DNA of 64,000 nt from Hydrogenophilales bacterium (GTDB lineage Bacteria; Pseudomonadota; Gammaproteobacteria; Burkholderiales; Eutrophovitaceae), in assembly GCA_902601765.1 (NCBI GenBank), contig CACKOO010000001.1:91839-155838 (forward strand), read 5' to 3'. Within the stretch, counting starts at the first letter, position 1. Each line of letters begins with the position of its first letter. Positions 1-9,669 of this stretch are shown here, in pieces. The position numbers and the translations under genes are program-made. Under the pieces are notes generated by a model. The model was not told the origin of the DNA. It ran no database searches and saw only the letters and a list, made by a program, of their open reading frames with translations.

Positions 1-1559
1 AAGACAGTCACGATCACGCACCCCCTTCGGGAATTGTGCGTTATCTGACCACGACCAACCATAAAGATATCGGTTCGATGTACCTCTGGTTTAGTTTTAC
101 AATGTTTCTTGTAGGCGGAATAATGGCGCTTACAATTAGATCTGAATTATTTCAACCCGGATTACAGCTCGTTAGGCCTGAGTTTTTCAACACTATGACT
201 ACGCTTCACGGATTAATCATGGTGTTTGGCGCCATAATGCCAGCTTTTGTCGGATTTGCAAATTGGCAAATTCCCTTGATGATTGGAGCTCCAGACATGG
301 CATTTCCCAGAATGAATAATTGGAGTTTTTGGCTTTTACCTCCGGCAGGTATGCTCTTAATTGGATCTTTGTTTGCGCCAGGTGGAGGGCCTGGGGCGGG
401 GTGGACAATGTATGCTCCATTAACCGTTCAGCAAGGGATGGGCATGGACCTAACCATTTTTGCAATTCATATATTAGGCATGTCGTCCATCATGGGTTCG
501 ATAAATATTGTAACTACAATCCTGAATATGAGAGCTCCCGGAATGACGCTGATGAAAATGCCGCTTTTTGTATGGACTTGGCTCATTACGGCTTATCTTC
601 TTATTGCAGTAATGCCGGTTTTGGCTGGAGCTGTCACAATGACATTAACGGATAGGCATTTTGGAACACACTTTTTTAACCCAGCCGGTGGTGGTGACCC
701 GGTTATGTTTCAACATATATTTTGGTTTTTTGGCCACCCAGAAGTCTATATAATCGCGATTCCGGCCTTTGGGGTTGTCTCGCAAGTTTTCCCCGCATTC
801 GCGCGTAAGCCCCTGTTTGGCTATGCATCGATGGTTTATGCGACATCCTCAATCGCAATACTATCGTTTTTGGTTTGGGCTCATCATATGTATACAGTGG
901 GCATGCCTGTTGAGGCTCAACTGTACTATATGTTTGCAACCATGCTCATTGCTGTGCCAACAGGAGTCAAAGTATTTAATTGGGTTGCAACTATATGGAA
1001 GGGGTCACTTACCTTCGAAACCCCAATGTTATTTGCCCTGGGATTCTTATTTTTATTCACCTTGGGTGGTTTCACGGGACTAGTGCTTTCGGTGGTTCCT
1101 ATAGATGTCCAATTGCACGATACTTATTACGTAGTTGCTCATTTCCATTATGTTATGGTGGCGGGTGCTTTGTTTTCGGCTTTTTCCGGCGTTTACTTCT
1201 GGCTACCAAAATGGATTGGAAAGATGTACGATGAAAAATTGGGAAAGATTCATTTCTGGACATCCATCATATTTTTTAATGTTGCATTTTTCCCCCAGCA
1301 TTTTTTAGGGTTAGCGGGAATGCCTCGAAGAATCCCGGACTACTCTTTACAGTTCGCAGATTTTAATATGGTATCCACCATTGGTGCTTTTGGCTTTGGT
1401 ATTTCCCAAGTATTTTTCCTTTATATTTTGCTAAAAGCAATAAAGTCAGGAGAAAAGGCGCCACAAAACCCTTGGGATGGCGCAGATACACTAGAATGGA
1501 CTCATCTCCCTAGCCCGGCTCCTTACCATAGTTTTGAGGAAGCTCCTCAGGTAAAATAA
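1..1559 (+). CDS. ctaD: cytochrome c oxidase (aa3-type) subunit I, 5' end cut by window edge
   Basis: The frame of ORF 36..1559 stays open back to base 3 (DSHDHAPPSGIV-RYLTTTNHKDIGSMY). Heme-copper oxidase motifs WFFGHPEVY, WAHHMYTVG and VAHFHYV are present. Confidence 0.95.
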   Translation, partial: DSHDHAPPSGIVRYLTTTNHKDIGSMYLWFSFTMFLVGGIMALTIRSELFQPGLQLVRPEFFNTMTTLHGLIMVFGAIMPAFVGFANWQIPLMIGAPDMAFPRMNNWSFWLLPPAGMLLIGSLFAPGGGPGAGWTMYAPLTVQQGMGMDLTIFAIHILGMSSIMGSINIVTTILNMRAPGMTLMKMPLFVWTWLITAYLLIAVMPVLAGAVTMTLTDRHFGTHFFNPAGGGDPVMFQHIFWFFGHPEVYIIAIPAFGVVSQVFPAFARKPLFGYASMVYATSSIAILSFLVWAHHMYTVGMPVEAQLYYMFATMLIAVPTGVKVFNWVATIWKGSLTFETPMLFALGFLFLFTLGGFTGLVLSVVPIDVQLHDTYYVVAHFHYVMVAGALFSAFSGVYFWLPKWIGKMYDEKLGKIHFWTSIIFFNVAFFPQHFLGLAGMPRRIPDYSLQFADFNMVSTIGAFGFGISQVFFLYILLKAIKSGEKAPQNPWDGADTLEWTHLPSPAPYHSFEEAPQVK

Positions 1560-1572
1560 TTTTAATTTAAAC

Positions 1573-1606
1573 GCGGGGTGAGGGTAACTATAACCCCAAC
1601 CCCCGC
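1573..1606. other. GC-rich imperfect hairpin just after the ctaD stop
   Basis: GCGGGG-TGA-GGGT aactata ACCC-CAAC-CCCCGC. It is conspicuous in AT-rich DNA and has no T-tract, so it is probably an intra-operon RNA structure rather than a terminator. Confidence 0.3.
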
Positions 1607-1617
1607 ATCAACTTTAC

Positions 1618-1734
1618 ATGCCTACTAATATTTCTAATCGTCGAAAAAAAAACAACATCACTGGATTAATTTTAGCTGCTATCGCGGCTTCGTTTCTTCT
1701 TGCATTCTTGTTTAGAGGGCTATTTATTTTATGA
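1618..1734 (+). CDS. 38-aa single-helix membrane micro-protein (cytochrome oxidase small assembly protein-like)
   Basis: ATG 1618 to TGA 1732-1734 encodes MPTNISNRRKKNNITGLILAAIAASFLLAFLFRGLFIL. Its stop overlaps the ctaG ATG (ATGA). It is below the ORF-track size cutoff. The position between ctaD and ctaG matches small assembly proteins annotated in betaproteobacterial cox clusters. Confidence 0.45.
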   Translation: MPTNISNRRKKNNITGLILAAIAASFLLAFLFRGLFIL

Positions 1735-2276
1735 ATAACGAAACGCGAGCTAATAACCGATTGATGTTAAAGAAGCTTGTGGTTATGTCATTATTAATGT
1801 TTGGATTTGGATATTTGTTAGTTCCTCTTTACGAAAAAATATGTGATGTAACAGGCTTAAATCAAGTTGTGAAGGCTGATGAACTAGTAAATACGCAAGT
1901 CGACAACTCACGCTTAATAACAGTCGAGTTTGATTCAAATTCACGAGGGGGATTATGGCGTCTCAGTGCTTTAGAAAAAAAGAAGAAAGTTCATCCAGGC
2001 GAGTTAATTGAAGTAATGTATGAGATACACAATCCGTCAGATTTTTCTGTCACCGGGCAGGCTATTCCAAGTTATGGACCAACTTACGCGAGCAAGTATA
2101 TTAAGAAACTGGATTGTTTTTGCTTTAAACAACAAGAAATCCTAGCTGGCGAAACCAAGAAGCTCCCAGTGGTTTTTGTCATTGACTCTGATGTTCCATT
2201 AGATGTTCATACCATTACTTTGTCTTTTACTATTTTCGAGGTAGAAGGTGGTCGCACTAGTTCGGCCGAAGGTTAA
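1731..2276 (+). CDS. ctaG: cytochrome c oxidase assembly protein CtaG/Cox11 (CuB insertion)
   Basis: 181 aa with an N-terminal membrane anchor, the Cox11 copper-binding motif CFCF (LDCFCFKQQ) and cox-cluster context. Confidence 0.9.
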   Translation: MNNETRANNRLMLKKLVVMSLLMFGFGYLLVPLYEKICDVTGLNQVVKADELVNTQVDNSRLITVEFDSNSRGGLWRLSALEKKKKVHPGELIEVMYEIHNPSDFSVTGQAIPSYGPTYASKYIKKLDCFCFKQQEILAGETKKLPVVFVIDSDVPLDVHTITLSFTIFEVEGGRTSSAEG

Positions 2277-2297
2277 GGTTTTACGTCTTTTTTTAAA

Positions 2298-2480
2298 TTG
2301 AAAATTTCGCCAAAAGTATTACTCGCAGTGTTTTGGGGGTTTTTAGGAATTAGAAAAAACCAAGATTCTAGGATAGACATGGCAGAAATTAGTCTTTTTC
2401 ATATTATTGTGACGGGATTGTTGGCTGCGCTAATTTTTGTTCTTACGTTGGTTTTCATCGTGGATTCCATTGTTGGCTAG
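2298..2480 (+). CDS. DUF2970-like small membrane protein
   Basis: 60 aa, TTG start. WGFLGIRKNQD followed by one hydrophobic helix. The position between ctaG and coxIII is conserved. Confidence 0.55.
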   Translation: MKISPKVLLAVFWGFLGIRKNQDSRIDMAEISLFHIIVTGLLAALIFVLTLVFIVDSIVG

Positions 2481-2535
2481 GAAATGCCATAATGTTACCT
2501 TTATTCATTTAATACATATGGGAGATGCTCTAGAA

Positions 2536-3390
2536 ATGAGTTCGCAAACTGGAGGATATTATTTGCCTGCTCCGTCCTACTGGCCGATCATTGGCTCAAT
2601 AGGACTGTTCTTTATGGCTTTAGGGGCGGTATTAATGATGAATGATGGAGGTACCACTGCTAACTTGGTGTTAGGGTTAGGATCGATAATAATAATTTAT
2701 ATGATGTTTGGCTGGTTTGGTACAGTTATTCGTGAAAGTGAAAGTGGAAAATATAACCATCAGGTAGATGTTTCTTATCGCTGGGCTATGAGTTGGTTCA
2801 TTTTTTCAGAAGTTATGTTTTTTGCATGCTTCTTCGGAGCCTTATTTTATATGAGAGTGCTATCTTTGCCTTGGTTGGCTGAGGCTGATACCCAAGCACT
2901 TTTGTGGCCAGGTTTTGAAAATACTTGGCCCGTATCGGGGCCAGGGATTGTCGACAAATTTACACCGATGGGAGCCTGGGGAATTCCAGCGCTTAATACG
3001 TTTTTACTACTAAGCTCAGGTGTGACTATTACATGGGCTCATTGGGCATTAAAAGCTGAGAAACGAGCTCAACTAGTTTGGGGGTTATTTGCCACCGTCC
3101 TTTTGGGAATAACGTTTTTAGGTTTTCAGTTTTATGAATATTATCACGCGTACGCTGATCTCAATTTAACTCTCGAGCAGGGCGCTTATGGCGCGACTTT
3201 CTACATGCTAACGGGTTTTCATGGGTTTCACGTAACCGTTGGTACCATTATGCTAATAGTTATTTTACTTAGGTCTATGCGAGGACATTTCACGGCCAAA
3301 AATCACTTTGCTTTTGAAGCGGTGTCTTGGTACTGGCATTTTGTAGATGTAGTGTGGTTGGGTTTATTTGTCGTGGTTTACTGGCTATAA
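2536..3390 (+). CDS. ctaE: cytochrome c oxidase subunit III
   Basis: Multi-pass protein ending SWYWHFVDVVWLGLFVVVYW. ATG 2536 preceded by GGAG (2521-2524) is preferred over the ORF-track start 2437, which overlaps the previous gene. Confidence 0.92.
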   Translation: MSSQTGGYYLPAPSYWPIIGSIGLFFMALGAVLMMNDGGTTANLVLGLGSIIIIYMMFGWFGTVIRESESGKYNHQVDVSYRWAMSWFIFSEVMFFACFFGALFYMRVLSLPWLAEADTQALLWPGFENTWPVSGPGIVDKFTPMGAWGIPALNTFLLLSSGVTITWAHWALKAEKRAQLVWGLFATVLLGITFLGFQFYEYYHAYADLNLTLEQGAYGATFYMLTGFHGFHVTVGTIMLIVILLRSMRGHFTAKNHFAFEAVSWYWHFVDVVWLGLFVVVYWL

Positions 3391-3513
3391 GCAAATGTCG
3401 TTCTATCGTTTCGCATTGGTCTTTATTAAATGCTGTGGGATAGTATTCCATTAATACTTTGAAATTACTCCAATATAAAAAATGAACGTGTAGGCCGGTA
3501 GGGTATTGATTTC

Positions 3514-3551
3514 TTCCGAACTAAAAATGTGAATATGGATTTTAGTCGGAA
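3514..3551. other. inverted repeat between convergent genes (possible weak bidirectional terminator)
   Basis: TTCCGA(A)CTAAAA - 13 nt - TTTTAGTCGGAA. There is no clean U-tract on either strand. Confidence 0.25.
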
Positions 3552-3622
3552 TTCGCTACTTTAAATGCACTAATGGTTTAGATTGTTCTCCGATTACATA
3601 GGTAAATTGATCGGTGAGGCGC

Positions 3623-3820
3623 CTAAAGTTTTTCGCTTGGAAGAATGCCGAAGTAGTATCCACCCATCAACATAAGAAATAATGTCATGGAGAGCGCTAT
3701 TCTAAGAGTTAAGGCTTTTATTGTTCGGTTTGAGTCACCTTTATCTTTAACTAAGTACATTAAAGCTGACGTTAGGCTGCCTATAATTACTATTAAGAAA
3801 ATAATTACCACATATTTCAT
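3623..3820 (-). CDS. twin transmembrane helix small protein (DUF2909-like)
   Basis: 65 aa with two hydrophobic helices separated by KDKGDSNRTIK. It sits next to SURF1 in the cox cluster. Confidence 0.55.
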   Translation of the reverse strand: MKYVVIIFLIVIIGSLTSALMYLVKDKGDSNRTIKALTLRIALSMTLFLMLMGGYYFGILPSEKL

Positions 3821-3878
3821 TTCGTTTGCCTCCTGGCAAAATTTAAAACTAATCCATAATTGACCAATTAAATTCTAT

Positions 3879-4616
3879 ATGGAATCCTTACGTCGCAAAA
3901 GAACCAAGCCTAGTATAATAATTACCTGCTTTGCAATTATAGGGTTGGCGGTTACTCTGGCAGCCGCTTATTGGCAGTTTAAGCGATCAGTTTACAAACA
4001 GGATCTATTATCTACGTATCATTATAAGCAACGTGCACCTATTATAGATCTTAATCACGAAACTAATTTTGTCGGTGATAATCATAGGTATAGAAGTGTA
4101 ACAGTAACTGGAAGGTTTTTATGGGATCAGGCAATATTTTTGGACAATAAAATTGTTAACGGGATAGCGGGTTATAACACAATTGTACCCATAGAATATG
4201 AAAAAAGCAGTATTTCCGAAAGTAATATGGTCCCAGTTAACTTAGGATGGATTGCTTGGGGAGCTGAGCGTGTTCCGAAAAACTTCAAAAAGAAACTTAG
4301 TGACGAGGTTAGGGTAGTAGGGGTGATAGATTTGCCTAAAGAAAGCGTCTTCAGATTAAAAAATAGTTACTCTGAAGACAGAATTTGGTCAGTGCTCAGT
4401 GCTGAGGATTATAGGTCCGTTTTTGGTAAAGATATTGCACGAGTAATAATTTATCAAACGAATTCACAAAGCGGTTTTATATCCTCATTCGAGGAACCGG
4501 ATTTTGGAATAATCACTCACCAAGTTTATATGGGACAGTGGCTTCTTTTCGCAATCCTGATTCTTTTTCTATATTTTTATTTAGGTTTTTTGAAAAGAGA
4601 GAGATTTGAAAAATAA
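3879..4616 (+). CDS. SURF1 family cytochrome oxidase biogenesis protein
   Basis: 245 aa with N- and C-terminal TM helices, AAAYWQFKRSxxK near the N-terminus, and cox context. Confidence 0.85.
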   Translation: MESLRRKRTKPSIIITCFAIIGLAVTLAAAYWQFKRSVYKQDLLSTYHYKQRAPIIDLNHETNFVGDNHRYRSVTVTGRFLWDQAIFLDNKIVNGIAGYNTIVPIEYEKSSISESNMVPVNLGWIAWGAERVPKNFKKKLSDEVRVVGVIDLPKESVFRLKNSYSEDRIWSVLSAEDYRSVFGKDIARVIIYQTNSQSGFISSFEEPDFGIITHQVYMGQWLLFAILILFLYFYLGFLKRERFEK

Positions 4617-5208
4617 TAACAGTAGTAATTTAACTCTTTGGCTAATTTTAGGCATATGCGTTCTACCTTTTCTTCTGGCAACGGGTTTATTTCTATTTTG
4701 GAATCCGACGAGAACGGTAAATTATGGGAATTTACTGGACCCTCAACCTATCGAAAATTTATTTAATAAAGATAGTGAAGCTATCGAGGAATTACTCAGT
4801 CAGACAAGGGGTAAATGGTCACTTCTGACTTTTGACAGCGGCGAATGTAGTGCGAGTTGCCAAAAGAAGCTTTATTGGATGCGTCAGGTACGCCTTACCC
4901 AAGGTCGTGAGATGGATCGAGTGGAGAGGGTCTGGTTTATAAATGATTCTATTTCGCCTGAGGCTAAATTACTAAACCAATTTCCACAAATAATAATGAT
5001 AAATCTCTACGATGAAGAATTGTTTTTCCAATCGTCAACTAATGCTGAAATAGAGGATCACATTTTTGTGATGGACCCACTCGGTAATTTAATGATGAGG
5101 TATCCAGCAAAACTTGATCCAGGAAAGCTAAAAAAAGACTTAAAAAAATTATTGAAGGTTTCTAAGGGAACTAAATATCAGAGTACGGAAAACCAAACTA
5201 TCAGATGA
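4606..5208 (+). CDS. membrane-anchored cox-cluster protein, possible thioredoxin-like fold (CxxxC)
   Basis: 200 aa with an N-terminal TM helix. Contains GKWSLLTFDSGECSASCQKKLYWMRQVRL and DPLGNLMMRY. Overlaps SURF1 by 11 nt and ctaA by ATGA. Confidence 0.4.
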   Translation: MKNNNSSNLTLWLILGICVLPFLLATGLFLFWNPTRTVNYGNLLDPQPIENLFNKDSEAIEELLSQTRGKWSLLTFDSGECSASCQKKLYWMRQVRLTQGREMDRVERVWFINDSISPEAKLLNQFPQIIMINLYDEELFFQSSTNAEIEDHIFVMDPLGNLMMRYPAKLDPGKLKKDLKKLLKVSKGTKYQSTENQTIR

Positions 5209-6293
5209 ATAATATCTCTTGGCAGTTTTTCGTTGAATACCTTCCATTTTTATGTTGGGCTCTTATTCTATTGGGAATATTTTTTTTATTAACTTGGAAA
5301 ATCTCTACCAAAAATTTAGTAGTACTTACCGCTTTGACCACACTTTTTCTTGTGTCTTTGGGAGCTTATGTCAGGTTAGCCGATGCTGGACTGGGTTGCC
5401 CTGATTGGCCTGGTTGTTATGGAAAATCAACTCCTATTGAAGCTCATGATCAAATAGCTAAAGCTGAGTTAGAGCATCCCGATGGCCCTGTAACAATTGA
5501 AAAGGCTTGGACGGAGATGGCCCACCGGTACTTGGCATCTGTAGTTGGAATAATGATATTAGTAATATTAGTAAAGAGTATTGCAGCCTATAGGTCAAAA
5601 AAAGACGACGAAGGTCTACTTGATAGTGTACTTCTTCCATTAATACTTTTCTTATCGGTTCTTATGCAAGGAATATTAGGTAAATGGACTGTAACCATGT
5701 TGCTCAAACCAGCAATTGTAACGCTTCATCTGGCGGGGGGCATCTTTATTTTGGGTTGTCTGGCTTACATGGTAGGTGGATATCTCCCCGTTATTTCCAA
5801 TATTGTCAGACGGGCTTATTTGTCCGGGTTAGTCACTTTATCAATAGTCGTGGTATTTCTGCAAATTTTACTTGGAGGCTGGGTAAGCACAAATTATGCT
5901 GCTCTCATCTGCATTGATTTTCCTCTCTGCCAGGGCAACGCTTGGCCTCAAATGAATTTTTCAGAAGGTTTTAATATATTTCGAGAATTGGGACAAAATT
6001 CAGACGGGTATATTCTATCAGTACCGGCAATAACGTCGATCCAATGGACACATAGGATCGGTGCGTTGATAGTGAGTTTTATATTAATTCATCTTATTTA
6101 TAAGTTATATCAGGATTTTAATCTTAGATTCTATGGATGGATAATATTAATATGTTTAGGGTTGCAGGTATCTCTTGGTATAATCAACGTAATGTTTTTA
6201 TTGCCATTTTTTGCAGCTGTCGCTCATAATACTTTTGCTGGGGTATTGCTATCGGTTTTAGTAATGTTAAAATCGCGTTTATCTCATAGCTAG
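5205..6293 (+). CDS. ctaA: heme A synthase (COX15/CtaA)
   Basis: 362 aa polytopic protein. Contains GAYVRLADAGLGCPDWPGCYG and conserved His residues in the helices. Confidence 0.85.
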   Translation: MNNISWQFFVEYLPFLCWALILLGIFFLLTWKISTKNLVVLTALTTLFLVSLGAYVRLADAGLGCPDWPGCYGKSTPIEAHDQIAKAELEHPDGPVTIEKAWTEMAHRYLASVVGIMILVILVKSIAAYRSKKDDEGLLDSVLLPLILFLSVLMQGILGKWTVTMLLKPAIVTLHLAGGIFILGCLAYMVGGYLPVISNIVRRAYLSGLVTLSIVVVFLQILLGGWVSTNYAALICIDFPLCQGNAWPQMNFSEGFNIFRELGQNSDGYILSVPAITSIQWTHRIGALIVSFILIHLIYKLYQDFNLRFYGWIILICLGLQVSLGIINVMFLLPFFAAVAHNTFAGVLLSVLVMLKSRLSHS

Positions 6294-6302
6294 TGAACCT
6301 GT

Positions 6303-7199
6303 ATGTTTTTATCTTTAAATTTTGAAGGTAGTTTTTTAAGGTTAGGGCGATTAGTACAGTTGACCAAGCCCAGAGTGGTCTCCTTGATAGTTTTCACCGC
6401 TGCTATCGGGATGTTTTTATCTACCACTAAACCAATTCCAGTTAATACTGTTATTTTCGCGCTTGTCGGTATATGGTTGGTGGCTGGTGCAGCGGCGGCT
6501 ATAAACTGCCTTGTTGAACAAAAAATAGACGCTATGATGGCGCGAACTCGTGCTCGACCAAGTGTCACGGGCGATGTTAATCTCATAGAGACAATAGTTT
6601 TTTGTGTGATCGTCGGGGGTATTGGACTAGCAATTTTGTATTCTCTTGTTAATCCCCTTACCATGTGGCTTACCCTAGCTACTTTCGTAGGATACGCTAT
6701 TATCTATACCGTCATACTCAAGCCACTCACTCCGCAAAATATTGTGATAGGAGGTGCCTCGGGTGCCATGCCCCCTGTACTTGGGTGGACGGCAATTACC
6801 GGGGAAATCTCCCATGAAGCGTTACTGTTATTTTTAATAATATTTGCATGGACACCACCCCACTTTTGGTCTTTAGCGCTTTACAGAAAGGAAGAGTATG
6901 CCAAGGCTGGTGTGCCTATGTTGCCAGTCACTCATGGAGATAAGTTCACCCAAATACAAGTACTTCTCTATACTATTATCTTGTTTGCGGTAACCTTACT
7001 ACCTTTCGCCGTTGGTATGAGCGGAATTATCTACCTAGTGGGTGCATTAGCTTTTAATGTTATATTTTTGGGGTATGCGATCAATATTTGCCGAGCATAT
7101 AGTCATGCTTTAGCTCGATCTACTTTCAAGTATTCAATATTTTACTTAGCCGGTTTATTTGCATTTTTATTGATCGATCATTATGTTGGGTTTTCTTGA
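6303..7199 (+). CDS. ctaB: protoheme IX farnesyltransferase (heme O synthase)
   Basis: UbiA-family polytopic protein. Contains [19 protein letters not shown] and [11 protein letters not shown]. Confidence 0.92.
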   Translation: MFLSLNFEGSFLRLGRLVQLTKPRVVSLIVFTAAIGMFLSTTKPIPVNTVIFALVGIWLVAGAAAAINCLVEQKIDAMMARTRARPSVTGDVNLIETIVFCVIVGGIGLAILYSLVNPLTMWLTLATFVGYAIIYTVILKPLTPQNIVIGGASGAMPPVLGWTAITGEISHEALLLFLIIFAWTPPHFWSLALYRKEEYAKAGVPMLPVTHGDKFTQIQVLLYTIILFAVTLLPFAVGMSGIIYLVGALAFNVIFLGYAINICRAYSHALARSTFKYSIFYLAGLFAFLLIDHYVGFS

Positions 7200-7229
7200 G
7201 GGAGTATTAAAATTAAAAATCTCAAGCTT

Positions 7230-7805
7230 TTGGTCTGTGGTTTTTGGATTCTACTATTATGTGGCTGCTCAGATTCATCGAAACCCTTATTTATAGGGAC
7301 CGATATAACCGGCATAGAAGTAAATGATGATGTAGAATTGATTGACTATAATGGCAACGAAACATACATAAAAGATTTTAAAAATTATGTATTGTTAATG
7401 TTTTTTGGCTTTACAAGTTGTCCTGATATTTGCCCTACTACCTTATCAAAGTTTAGTATTGTTTTGGATGCTTTGGGGGAGAAACAAAACAAGGTTCGAA
7501 CGATATTTATATCTTTAGATCCACAGAGAGATAAGCCGGAAGTTCTGAAAAGCTATGTGCAAAGTTTTAATGCCGATTTTGTAGGTCTCACAGGATCGTC
7601 CATTGCGGTAGCTAAAATAGCCAGAGCCTATAAAATATATTTTGAGAAAAATATTCTATCAGAAGATAGTTATACTATAGACCATTTCGCTGGCGCATAT
7701 TTAATTGATCATTTGGGTCGACCGAGAGTCTTAATAAGCCACAACCAGCCGGTTATGGATATCGTGAAGGATATAATGCAATTGATAGGCGATATAAAGT
7801 CATGA
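7230..7805 (+). CDS. SCO1/SenC family copper chaperone
   Basis: Thioredoxin-fold CPDICP motif, DPQRD and IDHFAGAYLID. Lipoprotein-like N-terminus LLLCGCS. The start (TTG 7230) is uncertain. Confidence 0.88.
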   Translation: MVCGFWILLLCGCSDSSKPLFIGTDITGIEVNDDVELIDYNGNETYIKDFKNYVLLMFFGFTSCPDICPTTLSKFSIVLDALGEKQNKVRTIFISLDPQRDKPEVLKSYVQSFNADFVGLTGSSIAVAKIARAYKIYFEKNILSEDSYTIDHFAGAYLIDHLGRPRVLISHNQPVMDIVKDIMQLIGDIKS

Positions 7806-7811
7806 ATTGTT

Positions 7812-8684
7812 TCAATTAGGCGGCAGCTCAAATTCTATCAAATGGCTTTTCAACTCTTGCATCGCTTTAACTTCAATTTGCCTGACCCTTTCGGCGGTTA
7901 TTCCGAGCTCATTCGATAATTGTTTTAGGGTGGTTGATGTATCTTCTGAAAGCCATCTGGCGGAAATAATCCGCCTGCTCCTGGCTGGGAGTTTACTGAG
8001 AGCTTTTTCCAATAAGTTGTTACGGTTTTCTACCCATTGCTTATTTTCCACAATGTTATGCGGTTCATCACTAGGGTTCGTAATGCAGTACTGTTGTTCT
8101 ATAAAACCATCTTCATCCTCGTTTTTGTGATCATCAACAGAAGCTTCTGCATCATAGAATCTTTTTTCCATATTACTTACATCACTCGCATGTACATCTA
8201 AAGATTTTGCTATTTCTTTGATTTCGTCAGGCCTTAAAGTTTTACCTGTGGTTTTGAGACTGCGTAAATTGAAAAAAAGTTTTCTCTGAGCCTTGGTTGT
8301 CGCTATTTTCACCATTCGCCAATTTTTTATCACATACTCATTAATTTCCGCCTTAATCCAGTGCATTGCAAAAGAGACAAGACGAACACCTTTGTCCGGA
8401 TCAAATCTACGGACAGCTTTCATGAGACCCACGTTTCCTTCTTGAATCAAGTCAGCCATGGGCAATCCGTATCCCAAATGTTTTTTTGCAATTGATACTA
8501 CTAACCTCAGGTGCGATAGAATAAGTTTTCTCGCTGCGTCTAAGTCGTCATTTTCCCTAAATTTAAGAGCAAGATTAGTTTCTTGCTTCTTAGTTAAAAT
8601 AGGATGTCGTTTTATTTCCCGAAGATATCCATCTAACCCCGCTGCCGTCGGAAACGGTGTTGATATAGTCAAAGCATTCACCAT
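7812..8684 (-). CDS. rpoH: RNA polymerase sigma-32 heat-shock factor
   Basis: 290 aa. Region 2 IQEGNVGLMKAVRRFDP, the RpoH box QRKLFFNLR, and a region 4 HTH. Confidence 0.95.
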   Translation of the reverse strand: MVNALTISTPFPTAAGLDGYLREIKRHPILTKKQETNLALKFRENDDLDAARKLILSHLRLVVSIAKKHLGYGLPMADLIQEGNVGLMKAVRRFDPDKGVRLVSFAMHWIKAEINEYVIKNWRMVKIATTKAQRKLFFNLRSLKTTGKTLRPDEIKEIAKSLDVHASDVSNMEKRFYDAEASVDDHKNEDEDGFIEQQYCITNPSDEPHNIVENKQWVENRNNLLEKALSKLPARSRRIISARWLSEDTSTTLKQLSNELGITAERVRQIEVKAMQELKSHLIEFELPPN

Positions 8685-8711
8685 ACGTATCAGTTCTCCT
8701 TATAAGACCTC

Positions 8712-8741
8712 ATTCTAGCACTCTAATATCACGAGTGCCAA
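8712..8741 (-). promoter_or_regulatory. candidate sigma-70 promoter of rpoH
   Basis: On the minus strand, TTGGCA (8741-8736), an 18-nt spacer, then TAGAAT (8717-8712), 27 nt upstream of the ATG. The spacer contains the inverted repeat GCACTC-N9-GAGTGC. Confidence 0.35.
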
Positions 8742-8763
8742 CATTAATTTTAAATAATTGATT

Positions 8764-9669
8764 TTATTGATACTCCAGCTTTTTTAAGTGCCTTGTCGTA
8801 GAGAGCCAAGCCCCTATCCAACCTAAAACAACTGGCAAAAGAACTACCAATATTAATTGGTCCGCATCGAGTGTATTGAGGGATAATTCTGAATCATAAA
8901 AATTAGCAAGTTTTTGAAAACCTTTATTTAACAGCAATATAAAAATAGTGGTTAAAAGAATAGCTCCCTGCGAACCCAAAAATCCTTGAATCGCCCCAAA
9001 ATATAGAAACGGTCGCCTTATGAAAGAGTTGGTCGCCCCAATTAATTTTGAAAATTCAATTTCTTCTTGTTGGGTTAGAATTTGTAGACGAATAGTGTTG
9101 AATGTAATCGTAACTACCGATGCGGCTAACAAGATGGATATTATTGACACAATAATTCCGGATAATTTTAGTATGATATTCAGTTTGCTTATCCACTCCG
9201 AATCGATTCTGACGCTTTCTACGCCCGGTAAGTTTTTAGTTTCTTCATAAATGTGCGAAATAATTTGAGGGTCTGTGCTAGAAGGTGTAACAACGAATGC
9301 GTCGGGTAAAGGGTTACTTTCCATTTCGCTAAGCAATTCGCTTATATCATCCTGAGCTTCTAGTTCAGCTAATGCCTCCGTTTTAGAAATAAACGAATAT
9401 TTAGAAATTTGCGGAGATTTTTCTAGTAATTTGGCGATTTGCGCTATTCTTTTTTGCTGAATATTTTTTTCGAGGAAAATACTTATTTGAGGACTCGCCG
9501 TTAAAGAGCCAGAATACTTAGATATATGTTCAATAAAAACGTAAAAAGTCAAGGGTAAAGTTATCGCCAGACTAAATACGGCAATATTGAACACTCCATG
9601 AACAGGCTGTTTAAAAATTCGTCTTATTGCGAATGTCGCCGCATCTAAATGCCCAAAAATAAGATTCAT
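8764..9669 (-). CDS. ftsX: cell division permease-like protein FtsX
   Basis: 301 aa with 4 TM helices and a large periplasmic loop. ATGA-coupled to ftsE. Confidence 0.88.
   Translation of the reverse strand: MNLIFGHLDAATFAIRRIFKQPVHGVFNIAVFSLAITLPLTFYVFIEHISKYSGSLTASPQISIFLEKNIQQKRIAQIAKLLEKSPQISKYSFISKTEALAELEAQDDISELLSEMESNPLPDAFVVTPSSTDPQIISHIYEETKNLPGVESVRIDSEWISKLNIILKLSGIIVSIISILLAASVVTITFNTIRLQILTQQEEIEFSKLIGATNSFIRRPFLYFGAIQGFLGSQGAILLTTIFILLLNKGFQKLANFYDSELSLNTLDADQLILVVLLPVVLGWIGAWLSTTRHLKKLEYQ

Noticed and set aside
8716-8741. TGGCAC upstream of rpoH, resembling the -24 element of a sigma-54 promoter.
   Set aside because: The required TTGC at -12 (TGGCAC-N5-TTGC) is absent; the sequence there is atatt. 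The same bases fit a sigma-70 -35 box (TTGGCA).
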